This document shows positions 38,082 to 48,474 of a DNA stretch of 64,000 nt, in pieces. Numbering within the stretch: position 1 is the first letter of the stretch; each line of letters opens with the position of its first letter. The stretch is from Planctomycetota bacterium (GTDB taxonomy: Bacteria > Planctomycetota > JAJSAM01 > JAJVHW01): assembly GCA_965248445.1 (NCBI GenBank), contig CBDFJG010000003.1, positions 480,001-544,000 of the forward strand, read 5' to 3'. Made by a program: the position numbers and the translations under genes. Below the pieces are notes generated by a model, which saw only the letters and a list, made by a program, of their open reading frames with translations, made no database searches and was not told the DNA's origin.

Positions 38082-39521
38082 GTGAACCACTTCCGCCTCG
38101 ATCGAATCCTCGTCGACATCTTCGTCCGGAGCGGTCCGGTGTGGATGGTCGCGGCGATTCTGATCCTGCTCAGCCTTGTGTTGCTCCGGGTCCATCGCGC
38201 GATGGGAGTCGGCATCGGGTTCCTGCTCTTCCTTCAGGTCTGGATCAAGCCCCTCTACTTCATGTGCTCCCGGATGCGGTGGGTCGTCATCGCGATTCTC
38301 GCCGTGCGGGGACTATTCCTCGTGTTCAGCACTAGCGCACCAGCATCGGAGACGCGCAGCTCCCACGTCGTGCTCGGGATGCTCGCGATGTGGGCGGTGC
38401 TCAGCACGCTCTGGAGCGACGTGCCCGTTTTCACGCTTCTCGTGGCCGGGACGTTCGTCGCCGGGCTCGTGGTGAGCTTCTTGCTGACGTGGCGGATGGC
38501 AGACTCGATCGACGTGATCGGGTTCTTGTGCCGCTGGGCCGTGCTGGTCTGCGTCGGGTTCTACGGCGCGTCGTTCGTAACCGCGGGGTGGGCGTACGCG
38601 ACCGACGAGATGTGGATACTCTGGCGTACCGGAGCGACGACGAACCGCTTCTCCGGTGTGTTCGGCAATCCCAACGCATCGGGTGTGCTGGGCGCGCTGC
38701 TCTTCCCGTTCGTCTTCGCGGCGCCGCGCGAGGTTCTCGGCAAGTTGAACAAGCTGCGGCCGCTTGCGGTGGTTCTGATCGTGTCGGCCGTGTTGCTCTC
38801 CGGTTCGCGCAGCGCGTTCATCGGTCTGCTGATGGCCGTGGCTGTCGTCCTGCTGTATCGATTTCGCGCAGGCGTCGTGCTCTTCGCCTCAACGGTCCTG
38901 ATGATGACGCTCGCACTCGGGATTCTGACTCCGCTCGAAGACGTCGAGACGCTCGACTTCGGAGCGATGGAGCGGATCGTCCGCGTGGGAACGCTCAAGG
39001 ACCTGGGAGACCGTGTCCAGCTATGGGAGCGCGGGCTGGAGGCCGGTCGCGAGAGTCCGTGGATCGGTCTCGGCTGGTCCAGATCACGCATCCTCGACAA
39101 CCGCAGCGTCGCGGGCGCCCTCGCCGCCGGGCGTGTGCACTCGGGCACCAACCTGCACAGTGCGCACCTGCAGATCTGGGTGGACCTGGGGTTCGTCGGT
39201 CTTGCTCTGTTCTGGATGTTCGGGCTGCAGGTAGCCGCGGCGGCCTTCCGAATAATGTTCGCCCCCGCTTCGCGCCAGGGCGCACTGGTCATGGTGCTCG
39301 TGGCCTCACTGGTCGTGATGTGGGGCGACTCGTTCGTGCACGGCTGGATCTTCTCGTTCGGTTCGCCGGGCGCACTGGTGTTCTGGATGAGTTGCGCGCT
39401 GGTGATCAAAGAGTCCGACCGCCTTCGCCGCGCGGCCGCGGCCGCCGCGGCGACGCAGGCGTCCGCGTCACTTCCTCCGCCAACACGGCCGGCTGCCCTG
39501 CCGCGCCCGGTCGGGGCATGA
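38082..39521 (+). CDS. Wzy/O-antigen ligase-family membrane protein
   Basis: Multiple TM helices, RFSGVFGNPN, SGSRSA, PWIGLG, LHSAHLQIWVDLGFVG. Confidence 0.85.
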   Translation: MNHFRLDRILVDIFVRSGPVWMVAAILILLSLVLLRVHRAMGVGIGFLLFLQVWIKPLYFMCSRMRWVVIAILAVRGLFLVFSTSAPASETRSSHVVLGMLAMWAVLSTLWSDVPVFTLLVAGTFVAGLVVSFLLTWRMADSIDVIGFLCRWAVLVCVGFYGASFVTAGWAYATDEMWILWRTGATTNRFSGVFGNPNASGVLGALLFPFVFAAPREVLGKLNKLRPLAVVLIVSAVLLSGSRSAFIGLLMAVAVVLLYRFRAGVVLFASTVLMMTLALGILTPLEDVETLDFGAMERIVRVGTLKDLGDRVQLWERGLEAGRESPWIGLGWSRSRILDNRSVAGALAAGRVHSGTNLHSAHLQIWVDLGFVGLALFWMFGLQVAAAAFRIMFAPASRQGALVMVLVASLVVMWGDSFVHGWIFSFGSPGALVFWMSCALVIKESDRLRRAAAAAAATQASASLPPPTRPAALPRPVGA

Positions 39522-39542
39522 CGCTGGGCACTGGTGGCGACG

Positions 39543-40235
39543 ATGCGTGAGGCGCCGCTGCACGTCCTGTTGCCGGCGCGAGACGAGGTGGAGACGGTCG
39601 CCGCGGTCGTCGCGTCGATTCGTGAGGCACTTCCTGACGCATGTGTGGTCGTCATCGACGACGGATCGCAGGATGGCACGGCGGCCGCGGCGCGGAGCGC
39701 TGGGTCGGAGGTGCTGCGGCTGCCGACCCGCCTCGGGGTTGGTGGGGCGGTGCGTGCGGGTGTCCTTCTCGCCCGCCGGCGGGGCGCCCGCACGTGCCTG
39801 CGGCTAGACGCGGACGGCCAGCACGCCGCTCGCGACGCGCCGGCTCTTTTGGCCGCCGTGGCCGCGGGTGCCGACGTCGCCATCGGTTCTCGGTTCCTTG
39901 CGGACGGCGGCGACCGGTCGACGCCGCTTCGCAGAGCGGGCATCCTCTGGATTTCGCTGCTGCTGCGCTGGCGCGGGGCTGGGCACATCGCCGATCCCAC
40001 GTCGGGCTTCCGCGCCTACTCGCGCCGCGCGATGGACTGGATCGCGCGCTACTATCCGGAGGACTCTCCCGAGCCACAGGTCCTCGCTCCGATGCTGCGC
40101 GACGGGCTGACGGTGCGGGAGGTCCCGGTGCGCATGTCTGCTCGCGCGGGCGGCCGCACCAAGATGCGAGGGCTCGGCGCGCTGGTCTACGTCGTGAAGG
40201 TCACCGTGGCGATCCTGCTGGGAAGCGTCCGCTGA
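39543..40235 (+). CDS. GT2 glycosyltransferase (DPM1-like)
   Basis: LPARDE, VIDDGSQDGT, DADGQH, GSRF, DPTSGFRA. Confidence 0.92.
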   Translation: MREAPLHVLLPARDEVETVAAVVASIREALPDACVVVIDDGSQDGTAAAARSAGSEVLRLPTRLGVGGAVRAGVLLARRRGARTCLRLDADGQHAARDAPALLAAVAAGADVAIGSRFLADGGDRSTPLRRAGILWISLLLRWRGAGHIADPTSGFRAYSRRAMDWIARYYPEDSPEPQVLAPMLRDGLTVREVPVRMSARAGGRTKMRGLGALVYVVKVTVAILLGSVR

Positions 40236-40254
40236 GGGAGTCGGGATCGAAACC

Positions 40255-40605
40255 GTGCAGAAGGTCCAGTTCGTCGCCATCGCGGGATCCGTTTCGATCC
40301 TCGTCCTCGTGGCGTGGCTCATCGTTCGCGGGCGCCTGAAGCCGCGCTACGCGCTCCTCTGGCTCGTCGCCTCGTCCGGGCTGCTGGTGCCTTCGCTGTT
40401 CCGTGGCCTGATCGACGACGCGGCGAGCGCGCTCGAGATTGACTATGCACCGTCGCTGCTGTTCCTCGCGATCGACGCCGCGGTGCTTCTGATCCTGCTG
40501 CATGTCAGCGTCGTGCTCTCGGAACTGAGCGATCGCGTGCGCTTGCTGATCGAGGAGGTCGCGGCGCTGCGCCATGACGCGTCCCCGGCGGAGCGGTCCT
40601 TGTGA
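40255..40605 (+). CDS. DUF2304-like small membrane protein
   Basis: RGRLKPRYALLW, three TM helices, C-terminal coiled coil; usual partner of DPM1-like GT2. Confidence 0.8.
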   Translation: MQKVQFVAIAGSVSILVLVAWLIVRGRLKPRYALLWLVASSGLLVPSLFRGLIDDAASALEIDYAPSLLFLAIDAAVLLILLHVSVVLSELSDRVRLLIEEVAALRHDASPAERSL

Positions 40606-41822
40606 CGGAGCTGCGCATCGTCCTTCTCGTCTCCCGGTATCCGCCTCACCACAAGGAGGGGGCCGAACGAAGGGCGGAGGGAGTCGCGCGGGAACTGGCG
40701 CGGCGGGGACACACGGTGCAGGTGCTCACGTCGACGCCCACCGGCAAGTCGAGTCGTGAACAGGAGGGCCCGCTCACGATCGTCCGCACACTGCGACTCG
40801 GGGATGACGCGACACGCTCCCTCTCGTCCATCGGCGGCGACTGCAGGCGATTGCGCGCGGAGCTGCGCGACGCGGACGTGCTGCTTCTCTCGCACTGCAC
40901 GGGGTTGACGGCTGCGCTGTTTGCCGTGGCGGAGGACTTCGGGCGCACGTGCTTCGACGTCGCTTCGGACTGGCTGAGCGTCGCAGGATCGCCGCAGCAT
41001 CCGTGGTATGTCCGCTGGCGTCCGCCCGCCGACGGCGGCCGGCTGGGCTATCGCATGAAGCGCGCGTCCGCCGAGAAGATGCTCGGCATCCCGATCCGAC
41101 CGGTTCCGCTGCCGTTTGGCCGAAGCTGGTTCTGGAGCCGGGGTCGGTGGAAGCGCTGCCTCGCCGCCGGACTGGGCGTGCACGGGAGCGCGGTCCTCGA
41201 GCCGGGGATCGACGTGCGCCGGTTCGCGTACACGCCGCACGCCATCCCGGAGGGCGACGTACGCGTGTTGTTCATCGATCCGGTCGAGCGCGGATCCGGA
41301 CTCCACACGGCCGTGCTCGCGCTCGGAGATCTGCCGTCGCGCGTTCGGCTGCGAATCTCCGGCGAGGTCAAGGACGAGCCGTACCTCTACGAGACGGCCG
41401 AGCTCGGCCGCGCGGCAGGGAGTTTTGACCGTATCGAGATCACGGCGCCGAACTCGCTGGGCGACCTACCGGCCGCGATCGCGGATTCGGACGTTCTGGT
41501 TCACGCTGCAGAGGAGCCGCAGCGTTTCCCGCGTCACGTACTGGAGGCGTTCTCCGTGGGCATCCCCGTCATTGCCGCCGATCCCCCTGCGGAGAAGGGG
41601 GAGGTGTTCGTCCACGGAGAGAACGCGCTGACCTTCGCTCCGGGGAACGCGCCCGAACTGGCACGCCGGCTGACCGCCCTTCTGGCCGACGACGACGCAC
41701 GGGCGAAGCAGGTCGCCGCGGCGCGGGCCTGCGTGGAGCACAAGTTCGCTCTGGCGTATTCGGTGGACCAGATCGAGCCCGAGATCCGCGCCGCCGCGTC
41801 TGCGGAGACGTCGGCAGGGTGA
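40602..41822 (+). CDS. GT4-fold protein with degenerate donor-binding motifs
   Basis: YPPHHKEGAE, LARRGHTVQVLT, VLEAFSVGIPVIA; lacks the canonical GR..K residues and the first Glu of ExFxxxxxE. Confidence 0.75.
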   Translation: MTELRIVLLVSRYPPHHKEGAERRAEGVARELARRGHTVQVLTSTPTGKSSREQEGPLTIVRTLRLGDDATRSLSSIGGDCRRLRAELRDADVLLLSHCTGLTAALFAVAEDFGRTCFDVASDWLSVAGSPQHPWYVRWRPPADGGRLGYRMKRASAEKMLGIPIRPVPLPFGRSWFWSRGRWKRCLAAGLGVHGSAVLEPGIDVRRFAYTPHAIPEGDVRVLFIDPVERGSGLHTAVLALGDLPSRVRLRISGEVKDEPYLYETAELGRAAGSFDRIEITAPNSLGDLPAAIADSDVLVHAAEEPQRFPRHVLEAFSVGIPVIAADPPAEKGEVFVHGENALTFAPGNAPELARRLTALLADDDARAKQVAAARACVEHKFALAYSVDQIEPEIRAAASAETSAG

Positions 41823-41886
41823 GCGGCGGCACGGAACGCGCCCTCTCGTCCCGAAGACCGGCCCTCGCCGTGCCGATCCAAACCTC

Positions 41887-42768
41887 GTGAGCACCGTCGC
41901 CGCCGCGGACGATCGCCGTGTCCATTGGACCGTGGTCCTGCTCGTGATCGTGGCGTTCTGCGCGATGTTCCACCCGATCCTGATCTCCCGCGCGCGATTG
42001 CTCATGGATGAGCCCCGCTTCTCGCACGGGTTGCTGGTGCCGGTCGTGGCGGCACTCTGGGTGTTGGATCGCCAGTCGAGTCTCTCCCGGGTTCCGCGAT
42101 CCGCCTCCCGAGCAGGGCTCATGGCGGTGGCTGCGGCTGTGTTGCTGAACCTCTATGGACGTACGCTTGACGCGAAGATCGGCTCGCTCGGTGGCTACGT
42201 CCAGCACGGCGCTGTGATCCTCGCCGTGGCGGGCATCGTGTGGGCGGCCCTCGGGCGTCGGTTCGTCCGCGCCGTGCTGTTCCCGATCGCGTACCTGGTG
42301 TTCACGGTCCCCGTTCCGAAGCGGATCGACCTGGCGATCACCCTCCCCTTGCAGCGGCTGTCGGCGGAGGTGGCCACCGCGTGCTTCGATCTGATGGGGT
42401 GGGCCGTTGCGCAGGAAGGCAACGTCGTGCAACTTCCGGGCGTAACGCTACTCGTCGAAGAGCAGTGCTCCGGCGTTCACAGCCTTTACGCGCTCATCGC
42501 CCTGGGTGTCGCCTGGGTCGCGTTCGTGCCACGGCCGCGCTGGCTCGCCGCAACGCTCGTCGCGGCGACGATCCCCATTGCCGTGTTCGCGAATGTCGTG
42601 CGCGTGATCGGCACGGGTGTTCTCGCGTACAAGCTGGACCCGAGCTACGCGCAGGGCGTGACACACGAGGTCGCGGGCATGGTCGTATTCGCGATCGGTC
42701 TCGCAGCGTTCCTGCTCATCGACTGGGCTCTTCGACCGGATGTGTCGAGCGAGGAGGCACCCGAGTGA
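41887..42768 (+). CDS. Exosortase
   Basis: SHGLLVP, FPIAYLVFTVPVP, PLQ, EGN; triad Cys (VEEQCSG), Arg (NVVRV), His (THEVAG). Confidence 0.92.
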   Translation: MSTVAAADDRRVHWTVVLLVIVAFCAMFHPILISRARLLMDEPRFSHGLLVPVVAALWVLDRQSSLSRVPRSASRAGLMAVAAAVLLNLYGRTLDAKIGSLGGYVQHGAVILAVAGIVWAALGRRFVRAVLFPIAYLVFTVPVPKRIDLAITLPLQRLSAEVATACFDLMGWAVAQEGNVVQLPGVTLLVEEQCSGVHSLYALIALGVAWVAFVPRPRWLAATLVAATIPIAVFANVVRVIGTGVLAYKLDPSYAQGVTHEVAGMVVFAIGLAAFLLIDWALRPDVSSEEAPE

Positions 42769-43946
42769 CGGGGCAACGCGTGTCGGTTGCCGTTCTGTCG
42801 GAACTGCCAACTCCATATCGCTGGCCGCTGTTCCAGCGCGTTGGAACGCAGACCGATCTCGATGTCACGATTCTCTTCTACGCACGCACGGAGACCGACC
42901 GCGACTGGGGCCTCGAGATCGACGAGTCGGACGGCGCGCGCCCGCGCGTCGAGTTCCTGCCCGGGCGCGCTTATCACGTGCGTCGTCGTCGCTCGCTGTT
43001 CTTCCACTGGAACCCCGGCATCAGGAAGCGCATCGCGACCGGCGGGTTCGACGTGGTCGTGCTGCCGGGCTGGTCGATGCCGAGCACGCTGGCGGCGTTG
43101 CTCGAGTGCCGTCGCAAGGCGATCCCGTACGTCCTGTTCAGCGAGACGAACGCGCTGAGCAAACGTCCTGTCTGGTGGCGCGCTACCAAGCGCCTGGCGC
43201 TGCGACCGATCGTGAGCGGCGCCGCCGCCTGGCTCTCGACCGGGACGCCGTCCGCGCAGTATCTCAAGAACCACGGCGCCGATCCCGCCCGCACGTTCCG
43301 GTTCGCGAACACACCGGACGTGGACGCCCTGACGGCGGCTGTGTCCGCCGCGCGGTCGCAGCGTGCCGCGACGCGGGCCGCTCTGGGTGTGCCCGAGCGC
43401 GCCCCGATGGCGCTCTTCGTGGGACGCCTGATCGGGGCCAAGGACCCCGCGAGCCTGGTCCAGGCGCAGGCACGGCTCGAGTCCGACGGTGACGCGACCT
43501 GGACGGTCCTCGTAGGTGACGGAGCCGAGCGCGCCGATCTCGAACGGAGTGTCCGTGAGCTGGGAGTCGAGCACATCGTGTTCGCGGGGTCACGGCGGCC
43601 CGACGACCTCCCCGCGATCTGGGCCGCGGCGGACCTGTTCGTCCTGCCTTCGGTTCACGAGCCGTGGGGCGTGGTGGTGAACGAGGCCATGGCGGCCGCG
43701 CTGCCTCTTGTGTTGTCCGATCGCGTTGGCGCCGCCCCGGATCTTCTCGAGGACGGCGTCAACGGGCGCTTGTTCGCGGCGGGCGACGCGGGGGCGCTTG
43801 CAGATGCCGTGGCAGACGTCGCGGCGGACGCGTCAAGGCGCCAGGCGATGGGAGATGCGTCCGCACGGCGGGTGCTCGCGTGGCGATACGAATCGAGCGT
43901 CCAGGGATTTCGCGACGCCGTGTTTGCGGCGGCGGGGCGGTCGTGA
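42765..43946 (+). CDS. GT4 glycosyltransferase
   Basis: PTPYR, FVGRLIGAK, LPSVHEPWGVVVNEAMA. Confidence 0.92.
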   Translation: MTGQRVSVAVLSELPTPYRWPLFQRVGTQTDLDVTILFYARTETDRDWGLEIDESDGARPRVEFLPGRAYHVRRRRSLFFHWNPGIRKRIATGGFDVVVLPGWSMPSTLAALLECRRKAIPYVLFSETNALSKRPVWWRATKRLALRPIVSGAAAWLSTGTPSAQYLKNHGADPARTFRFANTPDVDALTAAVSAARSQRAATRAALGVPERAPMALFVGRLIGAKDPASLVQAQARLESDGDATWTVLVGDGAERADLERSVRELGVEHIVFAGSRRPDDLPAIWAAADLFVLPSVHEPWGVVVNEAMAAALPLVLSDRVGAAPDLLEDGVNGRLFAAGDAGALADAVADVAADASRRQAMGDASARRVLAWRYESSVQGFRDAVFAAAGRS

Positions 43947-44623
43947 ACCAGCGCCGCGCCCTCCTCTGTGCCGCGCTCATGATGGCCCTCGCGACGCCCG
44001 TCTCGATCCTGATCGGCGGGTCGGGGGACCGTGCGCTGGGCACGACACCGCTGGCGCAGCCGCTGCGCGTCGCGATCCCGACGCAACTCGCCGACTGGAC
44101 GATGACGCTGGAGGACGACCTCGCCGAGCGACAGGTCGAGCTGACGCGCGTGGACGACTACGTCTCGCGACGCTACGTCGACTCGGACGGTGGCCACGTC
44201 ACGCTCTATGTCGCGTACCACGGCAACAAGGAGCGTGGCATCGGCACGCTCTATCACAACGCGAGCGTCTGCTACCCGGCAGCCGGCTGGAAGCTCACCG
44301 AGGAGCGCTTCGCGACGCTGGTGCTCAGAGAGTCCGCCCGTTCCGTACCCACGTGCCGCTACCTGTTCAGCCGCGGGCAGGCGACGCTCTCCGTGCTGAC
44401 GTTCTTCGCCGTGGACGGCGAGCTGCTCGATCAGTCCCCGCGGAACAAGCCGTTCTGGCTGCTGGCGGACCGGCTCACGCCTGAGATCGACCACGACCGC
44501 GGCACGCTGCTCCAGGTGCAGGTCGTGGCCGTGGTCCAGCCGGGAGAGGCCGAGGCCGTCGCCAGGCGCCAGGAGAGGTTCCTCCAGGACTTCGGTGGAG
44601 CGATCTTCCGCTCGGTCCCCTGA
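43943..44623 (+). CDS. EpsI-family exosortase-associated protein
   Basis: N-terminal anchor, IPTQLADW, DDYVSRRY, VTLYVAY, H...CYPAAGW. Confidence 0.85.
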   Translation: MNQRRALLCAALMMALATPVSILIGGSGDRALGTTPLAQPLRVAIPTQLADWTMTLEDDLAERQVELTRVDDYVSRRYVDSDGGHVTLYVAYHGNKERGIGTLYHNASVCYPAAGWKLTEERFATLVLRESARSVPTCRYLFSRGQATLSVLTFFAVDGELLDQSPRNKPFWLLADRLTPEIDHDRGTLLQVQVVAVVQPGEAEAVARRQERFLQDFGGAIFRSVP

Positions 44624-44677
44624 GACTGCGGGGCCACACGAGTGGAGAGCTACGATCCGGCGGCGGAGGGCCAGGCG

Positions 44678-46798
44678 TTGAGACAGGTGCTGCAGGCGAC
44701 GAAGGGCGGGCGGACTCGGGTGGCGGACGTGCCCGAGCCGGCTCTTCGTTCCGGAGGAGTCCTGGTCCGCACCGAGTGCTCCGTCATCTCGGCGGGCACC
44801 GAGCGACTCGTGATCGATCTCGCGAGCAAGTCGCTGCTGGGCAAGGCCAAGGCCCGCCCGGATCTGGTCAAGAAGACGCTCGAGAAGCTGCGCCGAGAGG
44901 GGTTCGTCGCGACATATCGCGCGGTCAGCGGGCGGCTCTCCGGCGACGTCCCGCTCGGGTACAGCATGGCCGGCCGCGTGGTCGCCGTGGGCGACCGCGT
45001 CCGTGATCTCGGGGTGGGGGATCGCGTTGCGTGTGCGGGAGCCGGCTATGCGAATCACGCCGAGGTGAACTTCGTCCCCCGCAATCTCGCCGCGCGTGTC
45101 CCGACCGGCGTTGAGCCGCGCCACGCCGCGGCGGCCACGTTGGGTGCGATCGCACTGCACGGAGTGCGGACCGCAGACGTCCGTCTCGGTGAGGTCGTTG
45201 TTGTGGTGGGACTCGGGCTACTCGGGCAGCTGGCCGTGCAGATGCTCGTCGCATCGGGCGCGCGGGTCGTTGCCGTCGATCTGGATACTGCGCGCGCGGA
45301 ACTCGCCAAGACGTTGGGCGCAACAGCGGCCGTGGCCGGCGGCGATGATCCGGAGCCGGTCGTGCGCGGCCTGACCGGCGGGCACGGAGCCGACGCCGCA
45401 CTCGTCTGCGCCGGGTCCGACTCCAGCGAACCGCTGGCGCTGGCGGCCCGCCTCTGCCGTCGCAGGGGCGTGGTCACTCTCGTCGGCGCAACCGGCATGG
45501 AGCTCGACAGGCGGACGTTCTACGAGAAGGAACTCTCGTTCCGCATGAGCACGTCCTACGGACCCGGGCGCTACGACCCGCAATACGAGGAGCGGGGGAT
45601 CGACTACCCCTATCCGTACGTGCGATGGACGGAGGGCCGCAACCTGTCGGCCGTGCTGGACCTGATCGCGTCCGGTGCGGTGCAGCTCGACTCGCTGCTG
45701 ACGCACTCGTTCGACATAGGCGACGCGGAGCGCGCGTACGACTTGGTCACGGGCGAGACGTCGGAGCCGTTCCTCGGCATCTTGCTGCGGTACGACACGC
45801 AGCGCGCGCTCGCGCCGGTCCCCGCGGCATCCGCCCCCGCCACGGGGTCGCGCATCGGCCTGATCGGCGCAGGCCAGTTCGCGACGGCGGTGCTGATACC
45901 GGCTCTCGAGGCGGCGCCGGGAGTCTCGATCTCGGCCGTCACCACCGCGTCCGGCGCGACCGCCGATGCGGTCGCACGGGCGCACAGCGTGCCGCGAGTC
46001 GCGTCGTCCGCGGACGACGTGATCGGCGCGCACGACGTCGATGCCATCGTCGTGGTCACGCGCCACGACAGCCACGCCGCTCTCGTGTCCGCGGCGCTCG
46101 CCGCCGGGAAGCCGTGCTTCGTCGAGAAGCCGCTCTCGATCGACGCGGCGGGGCTCGACCGCGTGCTCGCCGCGATGTCTGCACGGCCGGGGCTCGTCTG
46201 CGTCGGGTTCAATCGCCGCTTCGCGCCTGCAGTTCGCGCTCTGCGCACGGAATTGGAGAGCCGTCCGTCGCCTTGTCACGCGCACTACCGCGTGAACGCC
46301 GGCCGATTGCCCGACGGGCACTGGACGTTGGACCCCGTGGTCGGCGGCGGCCGGATCGTGGGGGAGGCCTGCCACATGGTCGACCTGCTCACATTTGTCG
46401 TCGGGGCGCCGGTCGTGCGAGTTCACGCCGAGTCGCTGCCGCCTGACGGTGTGTCCACTCTGCTGCGCTTCGCCGACGGTTCGACCGCGGTGCTCGACTA
46501 CATCACGCGCGGAGCCGAGTCTCTGCCGAAGGAGCAACTGAGCGTGCACTGGGAGGGCGTCACGTACGAGATCGACGACTTCCGCGCGCTGTACCGTCAC
46601 GGCGGCGGGGGATCCGACCGGCTCTGGCGCGGGGCTCAGGACAAGGGACATGCGGAGGAAATCGCTGCGTTCGCGCAGGCCGTCGTCGCTGGCGGCTCGA
46701 GCCCGGTGCCCTTCGAGGAGGCGGTGGCGGCCACGCGCGTCACGTTCGCGATCGAACGCGCCATGCGTTCGGGCTCCGCCGTCGATCCCACCGGGTGA
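44678..46798 (+). CDS. Bi-domain oxidoreductase (MDR + Gfo/Idh/MocA)
   Basis: ISAGTE, PLGYS, GLGLLG, SYGPGRYD, IGAGQF, EKP, VGFNRRF, GEACH; TTG start with GGAGG (alternative 44642). Confidence 0.92.
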   Translation: MRQVLQATKGGRTRVADVPEPALRSGGVLVRTECSVISAGTERLVIDLASKSLLGKAKARPDLVKKTLEKLRREGFVATYRAVSGRLSGDVPLGYSMAGRVVAVGDRVRDLGVGDRVACAGAGYANHAEVNFVPRNLAARVPTGVEPRHAAAATLGAIALHGVRTADVRLGEVVVVVGLGLLGQLAVQMLVASGARVVAVDLDTARAELAKTLGATAAVAGGDDPEPVVRGLTGGHGADAALVCAGSDSSEPLALAARLCRRRGVVTLVGATGMELDRRTFYEKELSFRMSTSYGPGRYDPQYEERGIDYPYPYVRWTEGRNLSAVLDLIASGAVQLDSLLTHSFDIGDAERAYDLVTGETSEPFLGILLRYDTQRALAPVPAASAPATGSRIGLIGAGQFATAVLIPALEAAPGVSISAVTTASGATADAVARAHSVPRVASSADDVIGAHDVDAIVVVTRHDSHAALVSAALAAGKPCFVEKPLSIDAAGLDRVLAAMSARPGLVCVGFNRRFAPAVRALRTELESRPSPCHAHYRVNAGRLPDGHWTLDPVVGGGRIVGEACHMVDLLTFVVGAPVVRVHAESLPPDGVSTLLRFADGSTAVLDYITRGAESLPKEQLSVHWEGVTYEIDDFRALYRHGGGGSDRLWRGAQDKGHAEEIAAFAQAVVAGGSSPVPFEEAVAATRVTFAIERAMRSGSAVDPTG

Positions 46799-48474
46799 GC
46801 GATCGCCTCGGCCGCTTCGTACGCACGGCGTACCGCCTCTCCGCACGGCAGATCTTCTCGCGACTGCGGCATATGCGGCGCCGTGCGCGCTACGCCCGCG
46901 ACGTGCGGGCGCCCCTCGAGGCAGCGCGGAAGGACGCAGAAGGGGCCGTGGCCGTGCTCGGCCCGCGCGTGGACCCCGACGTTCTGCTCCCCGGTGACGA
47001 CGATCGTGACGTACGCGCCGTCGCGTACGCGAACGGCGAGTTCGAGTTCATCGGCCGCACAGCGGAGTTCCCCGAGGGCATTCCGTGGGAGGATCTGCCG
47101 CACACGCCGCTCTGGCGTTATCAGATGCAGTACCTGGGGCCGGTCCTCGACCTCGTGCTGGAGGGGCGCACGGACGCCGCGCGCGCGCTGCTCGATTCGT
47201 GGCGCCTCGCTTTTGGTGAGCAGTGGCATGCGGAGGCGTGGCACCCGTATCCGGCATCGCTGCGTCTCTGCAATCTCTGTCACGCAGCGGCGGCGGCTGG
47301 TTCGTTCGAAGCGCTCGGCGAACGTGTAGATCAGCTCCTCGCGACGCACGTGAGCTACGTGCTCGCGCACCTCGAGACGGACGTGCGCGGCAACCACCTT
47401 CTCGAGAACGCTCGCGCGCTCTTGATCGCGTCGCGGTTCTTCTCCGGGCGGCTTGCCGATGACGCGGCCGCCGCCGCACGCCGCATCCTCGCGGTCGAGG
47501 TCCCGGAGCAGGTGCTCGACGACGGGGCTCACTTCGAGCTCTCCCCGATGTACCACTGCATCGTCCTCCAGCGACTGGTCGAGCTGACGCACGTCGTTGG
47601 CATGGAGCACGGACTGACGCGGGAGTTGCTCATGCCCGCGGTGCGGTCGATGTCGCTCTACCTGGAGGGCATCCTCTGTCCGGATGGCGGCATCCCGCTG
47701 TTCGGTGACTCGGTCCGTGACTTCGCGCCGGACCCCGAGGCACTGCTTGCGGAGTCCACGCTCGTTGTGGGTGTGGACGCCCGCGACCTGCGGTCCGAGC
47801 GCCCCGTACGGCGAGAGAGCGGCCTGCGCGTGTTGCGGACCCTGTCCATTGCGGCGTTCTTCGACGGCGGGCCGGTCTGCCCCGACTACCTCCCGGCACA
47901 CGCGCAGGCGGACGCGCTGACCGTCGAGGTGTGGATCGGCGACGTCTGTGTTGTCGCGGATCCCGGTGTCCACGAGTACACGGGCGACGAGCGCGCATGG
48001 AGCCGTTCTTCCCGCGCGCACAGCACGGTCACGCTCGACGACCGCGACTCGTCGGAGGTGTACGGCAGCTTCCGGGCGGGCGGCCGGGCGAAGATCGAGG
48101 CGGAGTCCAACGGCCTCGGCGCGACCATGGTCCCGTGGAACGACGACGCGCGCATCACGAGATCCGTCGCGGTCGCAGGGGGCGGGAGTCTGCAGATCGA
48201 GGACCGGGTGGAGGCCGAGGCCGGCAGGGACGTGAAGGCGCGCCTCCAGTTGCATGAGGACGTGCGCGTGCTGTCCTGTGAGAACGGGCGCGCCGAGTTG
48301 TCCACGCCGGGCGGGCCCGTCGTCGTGAGCTCCACCGGGGCGCTCCGCACCGAGCCCTCCCGCCGTTCGCCGCGCTTCGGCGTCATCGTCCCGACGACGG
48401 CGCTCGTGGCGCCGCTCGACTACGCCGACGGCGTCTACACCGGCACCATGACGCTCGCGATGGGAACCGGATGA
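46795..48474 (+). CDS. Heparinase II/III-family protein
   Basis: WHPYPASLR, LETDVRGNHLLEN, DGAHFELSPMYH, HAQAD, DPGVHEY, AHSTV. Confidence 0.88.
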   Translation: MSDRLGRFVRTAYRLSARQIFSRLRHMRRRARYARDVRAPLEAARKDAEGAVAVLGPRVDPDVLLPGDDDRDVRAVAYANGEFEFIGRTAEFPEGIPWEDLPHTPLWRYQMQYLGPVLDLVLEGRTDAARALLDSWRLAFGEQWHAEAWHPYPASLRLCNLCHAAAAAGSFEALGERVDQLLATHVSYVLAHLETDVRGNHLLENARALLIASRFFSGRLADDAAAAARRILAVEVPEQVLDDGAHFELSPMYHCIVLQRLVELTHVVGMEHGLTRELLMPAVRSMSLYLEGILCPDGGIPLFGDSVRDFAPDPEALLAESTLVVGVDARDLRSERPVRRESGLRVLRTLSIAAFFDGGPVCPDYLPAHAQADALTVEVWIGDVCVVADPGVHEYTGDERAWSRSSRAHSTVTLDDRDSSEVYGSFRAGGRAKIEAESNGLGATMVPWNDDARITRSVAVAGGGSLQIEDRVEAEAGRDVKARLQLHEDVRVLSCENGRAELSTPGGPVVVSSTGALRTEPSRRSPRFGVIVPTTALVAPLDYADGVYTGTMTLAMGTG

